From contig CAVVUN010000012.1 in NCBI GenBank assembly GCA_963751455.1, positions 320,001 to 384,000 on the forward strand: 64,000 nucleotides of DNA. The letters are read 5' to 3'. Positions within the stretch are counted from its first letter, which is position 1. Each line of letters starts with the position of its first letter. A model generated the notes under the pieces. That model was not told the origin of the DNA, searched no databases, and worked only from the letters and a program-made list of their open reading frames with translations. Shown one piece after another: positions 47,198 to 55,365 of this stretch. Source of the stretch: Nitrospirota bacterium (GTDB lineage Bacteria > Nitrospirota > UBA9217). The translations under genes and the position numbers were made by a program.

Positions 47198-49149
47198 GAC
47201 GTATGCCTCCTCTGTTTCGGCAGCGAAAAATAGAACGTTGCGCCTTCACCGAGAACGCCGTCCCCCCACGTCCTGCCGCCGTGGCGATGAATTATACGTT
47301 TCACATTTGCGAGCCCGACGCCGGTCCCCTCGAACTCTTCCGGCCTGTGCAGGCGCTGGAAGAGGCCGAAGAGCTTCTCCTTATATTTCATGTCGAAACC
47401 CACGCCGTTGTCCTTTACATGAAAAATATATTCCGCTGCGCTGTCCTCCGCTCCTATTTCAATTATAGACTTGGTCCGGTCACGGGTGAATTTGAGCGCA
47501 TTTGAAATGAGGTTCGTCCATACCAGACGCAAAAGAGCGGGATCGCCCACAACATGGGGAAGCGTATTTATTTCCCAGGATACTTTTCTTCCTTTTGTTT
47601 CATCGCTCAGCTCGTTGATCACGTCTCTGGCCAAAGTATTCGAATCCACCTCTTCGCGTTTCATTTCGACGCGGCCCGCGCGGGAAAAGCCGAGAAGGTC
47701 ATCTATCAGCCGGCCCATCTGGCCGGCCGCGCCGGAAATAACGTCGAGGTAGTGCCTGCTCTTTTCATCCAGATCTTTTCCGGTCCTTTTATTCAGCATT
47801 TCGATGAACCCGGCCAGATGCCTGAGCGGCGCACGCAGGTCGTGCGAGACGGAATATGAAAAAGCTTCGAGTTCCGCATTCGCCGCCTGGAGTTGTGCGA
47901 CATGGCGCTTCAACTCCTCATTGAGCGCCGTTATCTGCTCCTCGGCTCTCTTCCGGCTGGTGACATCGATGCTCACCCCGATTATGCGTTCCCGATGACC
48001 CCCGGAATGCGAGATCATCCGCCCGCGCGACTCCATCCAGCGCATTTCACCCTCGCGGCCGGGGAAGAGAAATTCCCACTGTTCCTCTTCCCTGCCCGAG
48101 TGCATCCATTCCTTGAAGAACCTGTCCAACCGCTGGGCGTCCTGGGGAGCGACGCGCTTCATCCAGCCCTCATAGTTGCCTTCGAAGGCGCCCGGGGCAA
48201 GACCGAAAAACTCCTCCAACTGCTCGCTCCAGACAATTCTGCCGCTGGCCAGATCCCAGTCGAACACGCCTATGTGCCCCGCCTTCTGGGCAAGGGCCAA
48301 CCTCTCTTCGCTCTCCCGAAGAGCGCTTTGAGCTCGTTTCAGGTGATTGATGCTTTCCATAAGCTGAACATTCGTTCGTCGAAGCGCCTCTGTCCGTTCC
48401 CGTACCCGTTCTTCGAGCTTGTCACGGGCTTCACGCAGGGAATTTACGGATTCCCACTCAAAAACTTTCAGGATGCGCGTGATGGTAAAAAATGATATTA
48501 CTGCGCACATGGTGCGAAGGAGCTGGACCGGGACGCCTGTGCCTGCGAAAAAAGCCTTTGTATTAAAAATCGATGCAGGGAAGAACTCTGCTTCCGGAAC
48601 AATAACGCCCGCCAGAAAACCGTAAACAAGGAAAGTGCCTATAGTCACTTTTATATTTCGCACTGTGCCTGTTTGCCGTTCTTCGCGTATTTGCGGTATT
48701 TGCAGAAACAGGCCATAGCACGCCAAAAGTATGCCCGGAATTCCCAACAGGTAACGGGCTCCTATTTCACCCATTAAGAGCACTTGGCCGCTGGCGCCGG
48801 TAAATGCAGCCCAGGCTATGATCACTATAACCGGAAGGGCTTTCATGGCTCCCTGCGCCGGTTTTTTCTCCATTATTGCTTTTGTTCCAAACAGAACCAG
48901 GAAGTAAAAAGAAACCGGCAGGATAATAAATCGAACCATTTTGAGGATTGATGCAGCATCGGGGTGGATAACGATGAACATATCGAGCCATTCGTTAATG
49001 CCGTGAAATATGCCGAACCAGCCTATCAGTTCGATGTTTTCTGCCAGCCTGAATTTGCTGTTTTCTCTGGGATACAGCAATATGGTGGTCCCCAGAATAA
49101 AAAAAGACAAACCATAAATAAAAAACATGAATGGATAATAGGAAGACAT
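47194..49149 (-). CDS. Membrane sensor histidine kinase (multi-TM domain, PAS, HisKA, HATPase)
   Basis: About seven TM segments; SHDLRAPL, NLISNALK, DNGVG, GTGVGL. Confidence 0.93.
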   Translation of the reverse strand: MSSYYPFMFFIYGLSFFILGTTILLYPRENSKFRLAENIELIGWFGIFHGINEWLDMFIVIHPDAASILKMVRFIILPVSFYFLVLFGTKAIMEKKPAQGAMKALPVIVIIAWAAFTGASGQVLLMGEIGARYLLGIPGILLACYGLFLQIPQIREERQTGTVRNIKVTIGTFLVYGFLAGVIVPEAEFFPASIFNTKAFFAGTGVPVQLLRTMCAVISFFTITRILKVFEWESVNSLREARDKLEERVRERTEALRRTNVQLMESINHLKRAQSALRESEERLALAQKAGHIGVFDWDLASGRIVWSEQLEEFFGLAPGAFEGNYEGWMKRVAPQDAQRLDRFFKEWMHSGREEEQWEFLFPGREGEMRWMESRGRMISHSGGHRERIIGVSIDVTSRKRAEEQITALNEELKRHVAQLQAANAELEAFSYSVSHDLRAPLRHLAGFIEMLNKRTGKDLDEKSRHYLDVISGAAGQMGRLIDDLLGFSRAGRVEMKREEVDSNTLARDVINELSDETKGRKVSWEINTLPHVVGDPALLRLVWTNLISNALKFTRDRTKSIIEIGAEDSAAEYIFHVKDNGVGFDMKYKEKLFGLFQRLHRPEEFEGTGVGLANVKRIIHRHGGRTWGDGVLGEGATFYFSLPKQRRHTS

Positions 49150-49663
49150 AGCGGCCCGTTAAAATATAAACATCGTGACAAACCGGATCCATATGCGGCA
49201 AAAGGGAGGACGTTATTCAGGATACAAGACTTATACAGTAGATAAATGAGGATGCGTCATAGGCCCTGGCCTTTGTCGCAATTAATTCTGCTTCTGAAGC
49301 CTTACTCGTCAGTGATTACAACAGCGCTTTCTTCAAATATAGCACCTCAGGCCGTCTTGCGGGCGGTCATGGTAGTGTTGAGAGTTCGGAGTGCGGATTA
49401 CGGAATGTAAAGAAGCCGACTGGGGGATTGAGAAGCGATGGCGTGACGCGGGGAGTTATTAAGTCATTCGCGGGTAAGCCATTCGGTTCGAAGTTTGAAA
49501 GGTAATTTAATGCACCGAGCAGCAACAGTGCCCGGATTGTTGAGAACGGGACGGCCCTTTCGAGCGACCGCTGCAGGCCTCTCCTGCAAAACGCTCTGTA
49601 ATCATCTTTCAGAAGCGACAGACGCGAGAGACCTGCATATGCAATAGAAAAGTCGCGGAGGGT

Positions 49664-50074
49664 TTATTCGTTCGTCGAGGCCATCAGCCGTTCCCTGTCC
49701 TTGAACAGCATGTCGCATTTATTGGCATAGAGCTTCAGCACGATTCCCTTGCCGAATGTGTTGTGATTTACAATCTCGCCCACGCGGTATTTTGTGGACA
49801 TGCTGTAATCACGCTCTTTTCCTTTTGCCGCTGCAAGGCCGGTCTCCCATATGATCGCGGCTGCCGCTTCTTCTCCGGCGGCGTTTTTCGCTCTCGGCTT
49901 CCGGACCTTTACAGGGTCGGCCGGGTTCCGGTATTTGTGCAAGCCGCCGCAGGTTTTGCATCTCACTTTCCCGATCGCGTCTCCATCCATAGTCATGATG
50001 GTATGATCGAGATTCACTTTGCATTTCCCGCAATACGACTCGATATTTTTACCTGCTGAATTTTTTTCGGGCAT
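49664..50074 (-). CDS. Hypothetical protein: Cys/His zinc ribbon plus Tudor/SH3-like C-terminus
   Basis: CGKC..H..CKTC..H; YRVGEIVNHNTFGKGIV; GAGGAGG ribosome-binding site. Confidence 0.8.
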   Translation of the reverse strand: MPEKNSAGKNIESYCGKCKVNLDHTIMTMDGDAIGKVRCKTCGGLHKYRNPADPVKVRKPRAKNAAGEEAAAAIIWETGLAAAKGKERDYSMSTKYRVGEIVNHNTFGKGIVLKLYANKCDMLFKDRERLMASTNE

Positions 50075-50291
50075 ACTACCTCCTCATTTACTATCAGTAA
50101 TATTTAATGACGAACGTCTGTCCTGTGAAATCGGTCGGAGAGAGGAATAATTCGGAAATGTCTGAATAACGCTTCTCTGGGATACAGTCACTATACACCA
50201 TGCCGCACAAAAAAGCTTTAACTCTTTTAGCATAGCGGAAGGATGCATTATCCCCTGTTTCCGGAAGCTCGACGAAGGGATGATGCACTAT

Positions 50292-52448
50292 CTACCGGGA
50301 CAAGACCAGTTTCCTGAATTCTTCCGCGGGCAGCGCCTCGCTGAACAGGAACCCCTGCACCTCGTCGCAATCGGTCGACCGGATGAACTCCATCTGCTCC
50401 TCGGTTTCGACGCCCTCGGCGATCACTTTCATTTTCATGGTGTGGGCCATTGCGGTAACGGCATCTATTATGGCGCGGTCGTCCGCATCCGTCGCGATAT
50501 CATGGATAAAGGATTTATCGATCTTGAGCCGCTGGATCGGCAGGCGCTTGAGGTGGTTCAGTGATGAATAGCCGGTGCCGAAGTCGTCGATGGAAACATG
50601 GACGCCCATATTCGCCAATTCCCGCAATTGTCCTGCGGTTCGCTCTATGCTGCTCATTGCCATGCTTTCGGTTATTTCGAGGTCCAGGCAATAGGCGGGA
50701 GTGCCGGTTTCCCTGAGGATATTCGAAATCTTGGCCACAAGGTCCGCGCTCTGGAACTGTCGCGCTGACACATTTACCGTATAGCACAGGTACGGCGGTC
50801 CGGCGGCCTGCCACACTCTGATTTGTCCGCATACTGTCCGGAGCACCCATTCATCTAAAGTCGTAATAAAACCGATCTCCTCTGCCAGCGGGATAAAACG
50901 TTCCGGAAGGAGCATTCCCAATTCCGGATGCTGCCAGCGTACCAGCGCTTCAGCGCAAATGATCTTTCCGGTTCTGACATCGATCTGCGGCTGGTAATGG
51001 ACCACCAGCTCTCCGCGCTCGAGCGTCCGTCGGAGGCTGTTTTCAAGAATTATCCTCTCCACGGTGGAGGTATTCATCGCCGGGTCGTAAAACTGAAAGT
51101 TGTCCCCGCCTTGCTCCTTCACATGGTATAACGCGATATCGGCATTCTTCAGGAGCAGTTCGGCATATTCACCGTCGTTCGGAAAGATGCTGATGCCGAT
51201 GCTCATGGTAACGTGAAGGGTATGGCCCCCGAGGGAAAAAGGCCGGCCGAAGGGCTCCAGGATCTTTCCGGCCACGTCCGCTATGTCTTCAGGGCGGGCA
51301 AGATCCGTAAGGAGGATATTGAACTCGTCGCCTCCGATGCGGGCGATCGTATCCGATTTCCTGATTTCTCTTTTCAGCCTGGAGGCCGCCTCTCTCAGCA
51401 GGGCATCACCAACATCGTGTCCGAGCGTGTCATTAATGCTTTTGAACCGGTCGAGGTCGAGAAAGAATACGGCCAGCTTCGCATTGCGACGGCGGGCCTG
51501 GGCAAGCTCAAGGTTCAGGCGGTCCATGAACAGCATCCGGTTGGCAAGACCGGTGAGTACATCATGATACGCCTGATATGTGATCGCCTCTTCCGCTCTT
51601 TTCCGCTCGACGACTTCCGTCTGAAGCGCCTCGTTCGACTTTCCGAGTTCAGCGGTCCGCTGCTGGAGGTCTCCGACCATTTTATTGAAGGATGCAGCCA
51701 GATCGCCGACTTCATCGCGCGAACGGACTTCCACCCGGTAATCGAGGTCGCCTTGTGCGATCCTCCCGGTTGCATTTCGCAATTTAATCAGCGGGCCTGA
51801 AAGGGTCCGGGAAAAAAATACACCTATAAGGACAGTGAGCAACGCTATGAAAATGGCCCAGAGCACCGCTATCTTCAGAAAAGTATCCATGAAATCTTGC
51901 CAGATCTGGAGCATCGTCTTGTCCTGACGGGCGATGGCCCTGTTCAAAGGTGCGTCGGAAAAAATGATCTCTCCATAGCCCGCAGTGTATTCCTCAATCC
52001 CTATCAGGAACACAACGCGGCGCCCGGCCGGCACCTTCTCGATCATGATCGGCGCCGACTTGAGCGCTTTCGGGTCAAGCTTGAGCTTCGTTCCGTACGA
52101 AGTGTTCTCCCAGGTGCCGTCCGTGAGCACTTTGCCGGATGCATCGGCTATGCTTGCGGAAACAATCGGCATACCTCTCCGCAAATCCTTGAGCAAAAGA
52201 GTGATGCGCTCAATATCCAGCTCGTAGAGAGGCGTGAAGAGCTCCCTTCTCAGGTATTCGGCAAGGTTGAACATCGTGTTTTGCTGGACCGCCTCAAAGT
52301 TCTCCGCTGTGCCCTCTCGCAGTCTCGTACTCAGGTAATTGGCATTTCGTGAAATAGCGATAATGGCCGTCAGCATCACGGTTGAAAGGATAATGAAGCT
52401 TACCGCGCTGAACCAGAGAGCGTATTTCTTGCTGAGGCTTAGTGTCAT
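50292..52448 (-). CDS. Membrane HAMP-GGDEF-EAL protein with a periplasmic sensor domain
   Basis: Two TM helices, HAMP (DEVGDLAASFN), IGGDEF, EALVRW, DDFGTG. Confidence 0.94.
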   Translation of the reverse strand: MTLSLSKKYALWFSAVSFIILSTVMLTAIIAISRNANYLSTRLREGTAENFEAVQQNTMFNLAEYLRRELFTPLYELDIERITLLLKDLRRGMPIVSASIADASGKVLTDGTWENTSYGTKLKLDPKALKSAPIMIEKVPAGRRVVFLIGIEEYTAGYGEIIFSDAPLNRAIARQDKTMLQIWQDFMDTFLKIAVLWAIFIALLTVLIGVFFSRTLSGPLIKLRNATGRIAQGDLDYRVEVRSRDEVGDLAASFNKMVGDLQQRTAELGKSNEALQTEVVERKRAEEAITYQAYHDVLTGLANRMLFMDRLNLELAQARRRNAKLAVFFLDLDRFKSINDTLGHDVGDALLREAASRLKREIRKSDTIARIGGDEFNILLTDLARPEDIADVAGKILEPFGRPFSLGGHTLHVTMSIGISIFPNDGEYAELLLKNADIALYHVKEQGGDNFQFYDPAMNTSTVERIILENSLRRTLERGELVVHYQPQIDVRTGKIICAEALVRWQHPELGMLLPERFIPLAEEIGFITTLDEWVLRTVCGQIRVWQAAGPPYLCYTVNVSARQFQSADLVAKISNILRETGTPAYCLDLEITESMAMSSIERTAGQLRELANMGVHVSIDDFGTGYSSLNHLKRLPIQRLKIDKSFIHDIATDADDRAIIDAVTAMAHTMKMKVIAEGVETEEQMEFIRSTDCDEVQGFLFSEALPAEEFRKLVLSR

Positions 52449-52486
52449 GTCCGGGCCATGCGCTCCTTACTTCAATAACTTATTAA

Positions 52487-52733
52487 CTTTAAAACGGCAT
52501 TTGGACACGGATAAACGCGGAACGCCCTACACTCGCGCATGCGCACAGCCTGCATTCGCGCTTTGCACTCATAAGCGCTGGCCGCAGGCTCGTAATCGTT
52601 GGGTGCAGGCCGACGGATAAAACAATACGGAAGAACAAAAAACATCTCATCTTTTGGGTGAATCTCACTATGCTTGTATGTTTCCAGAAATCCGTGTTAA
52701 TCGGATTTTATCCGTGTCCAACGGCTCTTCAGG
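52487..52733. mobile_element. MITE family 1, copy D (inverted), carrying two nested mini-elements
   Basis: Reverse-complement similarity to copies A and C; flanks ATTAA / ATTAT; insertion at 52523-52609. Confidence 0.75.
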
Positions 52734-52750
52734 ATTATCTGTGTTAATAG

Positions 52751-53638
52751 CTACTCCAGGGCGCTCATAAGTTCCTCGACATATCTGAGAGATTGGCGGT
52801 CGCTGTCCGACAGGGGCTCGATTTTTTGAATGCCGGCCGCTTTTTTCAAAAGCTTATTTCCTTCAGGGTCGCGGTCCATTTCTATAAAGGCCGATGAGGC
52901 GGCCTTGCTTAATTCAACCGGCATGGCCGGATGAAAGGAGACAATGAACCTGGGCGCCGGCTTTGTCTCATGGATCACTCTGAGCTCGCGTTTCACGCCC
53001 TCGGCAAGTTCATTCCAGTCGTCGGAGCTGAACGCGCCTGCGTCGGCTTTTTCCTGGATGACCCAGAATGCCTGGTTCGTCTCTTCCCCTGCAAAAACGT
53101 AGCGCACCGATGCAGCGTCGTTTCCTTTTTCATCCATCGGCAGCACGGATATGCCCCTCCGCCCGAGGTCCGCCTTGGGGAGTAAATAGGCAGAGGTCGA
53201 TTTGGGGTCTTCAAACACGATGGTCTTTCCCCGTAAGTCGCTTAACTGCCTGATCGGGCTGTCGTTTTTTACGAAAATCACGCTGGAATATTCCCTGTTT
53301 CCTTTCTTCCATACAAGCAGAGAAGGTTTCATCCCCGCCTCCTTCATCATTTCAATCGTTGAAAAAGCGCTTTCAAAAACGACATCAACCTCCTTCTTCC
53401 GTATCTTGTCGAGCATTTGGTCTACATTCTTTGCTACCACGATCTTTCCACTCGTTATCCCGAACTTGTTCAGGCGCTTTGCCGTGTACTCCGCGAGAGG
53501 AGCGTATTCCTTGATCCTTCCGACAGGCTTATCGCTGATTAATCCGAGCCTGAATTGTTTTCCCTGTGCAATGGCGGAAGGGAATGCAATAAGCAGCAGC
53601 ATGAAGACGAGGATGGATTTTTTCGTCAACGTAAGCAT
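52751..53638 (-). CDS. PhnD-like phosphate/phosphite/phosphonate-binding periplasmic protein
   Basis: Signal peptide from ATG 53638; Y.SVIFV..DSPI..L.DLRGK, STSAY..P. Confidence 0.85.
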   Translation of the reverse strand: MLTLTKKSILVFMLLLIAFPSAIAQGKQFRLGLISDKPVGRIKEYAPLAEYTAKRLNKFGITSGKIVVAKNVDQMLDKIRKKEVDVVFESAFSTIEMMKEAGMKPSLLVWKKGNREYSSVIFVKNDSPIRQLSDLRGKTIVFEDPKSTSAYLLPKADLGRRGISVLPMDEKGNDAASVRYVFAGEETNQAFWVIQEKADAGAFSSDDWNELAEGVKRELRVIHETKPAPRFIVSFHPAMPVELSKAASSAFIEMDRDPEGNKLLKKAAGIQKIEPLSDSDRQSLRYVEELMSALE

Positions 53639-53672
53639 ATGACCTCCTTGAACAGGTAATGAGCAAGGCGAT

Positions 53673-53878
53673 GCCACAAAAACCCAGACAGAAAGAAAAA
53701 ATTTATTGCTGCTCCGGTTTACAACCAACAGCAACCCATCCCCCTCTCCGTCTCCCCCTTGAAGGGGGAGATATAATTACACCCCCTCCCCTTCAAGGGG
53801 AGGGATGGGGTGGGGATGGGAAAAGAACTCATGTCTTTACTACAGCAATTTTTCTTCGTATTTTCGCGGCTTCGTGGC
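53673..53878. repeat. Palindromic element with a nested GC-rich REP-like double hairpin (53735-53820)
   Basis: Outer GCCACAAAA...TTCGTGGC; inner CCCATCCCC...TCCCCCTTGAAGGGGGA...CTCCCCTTCAAGGGGAG...GGGGATGGG. Confidence 0.65.
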
Positions 53879-53888
53879 ATAAAAAATC

Positions 53889-55187
53889 TTAAAAATATAT
53901 CTGCATCATCACCTGGTGAATTTTCCTGGTCCTGTCGTTTACCGTTTCCGCGACGCCGGCGTCGAAGCGCGTACTGACGTAGTTATACGACCACTTGATG
54001 CTGTGCTTTGAGAGGTAGTGGTTGAACCCGGCAGTCCAGGTCCTCTCTTCAGTGCCGCTGCTTCCGGCATTCTGGATCGCGTCATGATCGAATATCTCAT
54101 AACGCGCGGCTGGTTCGAGCATGCCATTCAATATCTTAACGGGCAGAAGAAAGCCCAGTTGAGCATAAAAGCCTTTCGGCTCTTCGGTATTTTTGTAGCT
54201 GAATTCCTTCCTAAAGCTTACATACTCTATCCCGCCGGTGAAAGTCCCGGCTGCGGTCTTGTACCTTGTCGCCAGGTCGGCGCCTACGAGCCTGCTGTCG
54301 GCGGCTGCGTCCGCAGCTGCCGTTGTATATTTGACGTTATTCAGAATGCCTGCATTCATACCCACACTGAAGTGATTTTCCTCGCCGATCCCGGTATCGT
54401 CCTTTTTCTTCTCGACAAACGGCGATATCTCCAGTCTTCCGATATAGGCATTGCCCCAGGCATTTTTCTGCACGTCATCAGCATCCGGGTCCAGGTTCTC
54501 GACCGCGTCAAGGTTGTTGGCACCGTCGCCGAAGGCCATGTAATATCTGATCCGCCCGGCAGATAGATCGCCGTGGACCTGGACCTGCGCTTGCTGGTAA
54601 TCTCCCAGCGAGTCTTTTGCCGCCTCTGTCGAGACGGGCCGTTCAATGAGCAGCTGCCGGGAGGATGAAGTCAGCGAGACTCTTGAGAAGGGCAGTTTGT
54701 GCTTGCCGATTTTCAGCGCAAATTCATCCGCAAATATCCAATCCGCATACAGGTACCGAAGTTCGACCTCGTTACTCGGATCTTCCCGTTCGCCGCCTCT
54801 GAAGTCCTGGTCAGCCCGGTCTGCATCGAGAGTGAGGTTAATCTCCATTTCCTTGCCCACGGGCAGACTGCCGAGCTTCTTTTCGATCTCAAGCCTCGCC
54901 CGCCTGAGGAAGAGATCACTTTCTGTCTTATAGTTCGCCTCATCACCGACCAGCAGGTCGCCGTAATCAAGCCGGACCTGCGCCCGAACGTTCATATCGA
55001 AAGGCGCCTTCTGCTTCTCTTTCTTCGTGTCCGGCACAAGCTCTTTCGCTTCGTTTCTGCTGATCACCCCTTTTTCGACCAGTTTATCGATGAGCGCATC
55101 ACGGCCCGGTTCAGGTGTTTCAGCGAATGACCATTGGGTAAACGAAGCAACAATCATTATGAAAGCCGCGAGTACAATCGCAATCAT
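53889..55187 (-). CDS. Anion-selective porin (OprO/OprP-like)
   Basis: AGGAGG ribosome-binding site, signal peptide, L.EKGVIS..E N-terminal segment, LRRARL, G..KLPFS, ARYE, C-terminal QIYF. Confidence 0.8.
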   Translation of the reverse strand: MIAIVLAAFIMIVASFTQWSFAETPEPGRDALIDKLVEKGVISRNEAKELVPDTKKEKQKAPFDMNVRAQVRLDYGDLLVGDEANYKTESDLFLRRARLEIEKKLGSLPVGKEMEINLTLDADRADQDFRGGEREDPSNEVELRYLYADWIFADEFALKIGKHKLPFSRVSLTSSSRQLLIERPVSTEAAKDSLGDYQQAQVQVHGDLSAGRIRYYMAFGDGANNLDAVENLDPDADDVQKNAWGNAYIGRLEISPFVEKKKDDTGIGEENHFSVGMNAGILNNVKYTTAAADAAADSRLVGADLATRYKTAAGTFTGGIEYVSFRKEFSYKNTEEPKGFYAQLGFLLPVKILNGMLEPAARYEIFDHDAIQNAGSSGTEERTWTAGFNHYLSKHSIKWSYNYVSTRFDAGVAETVNDRTRKIHQVMMQIYF

Positions 55188-55365
55188 GAGTGCACCTCCT
55201 ACCAAAGTTAAATGCTGAGCAATTAACGGAATTCAGGTCATATCATAAACATATCAAACCACTCGATTGAAGGCTGAAAGGAAGGGATATGTGACGGCTT
55301 CTTTGGTCCCAAAATAGCGTAACGAAAATGCGGGAATTTGAGTGATTCAGGGTTTTTAACGAACT

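Noticed and set aside
49150-49660. 510-bp intergenic region as an ncRNA or small gene
   Set aside because: Only a short degenerate heptamer run (about 49380-49410) and scattered small hairpins; nothing supportable.
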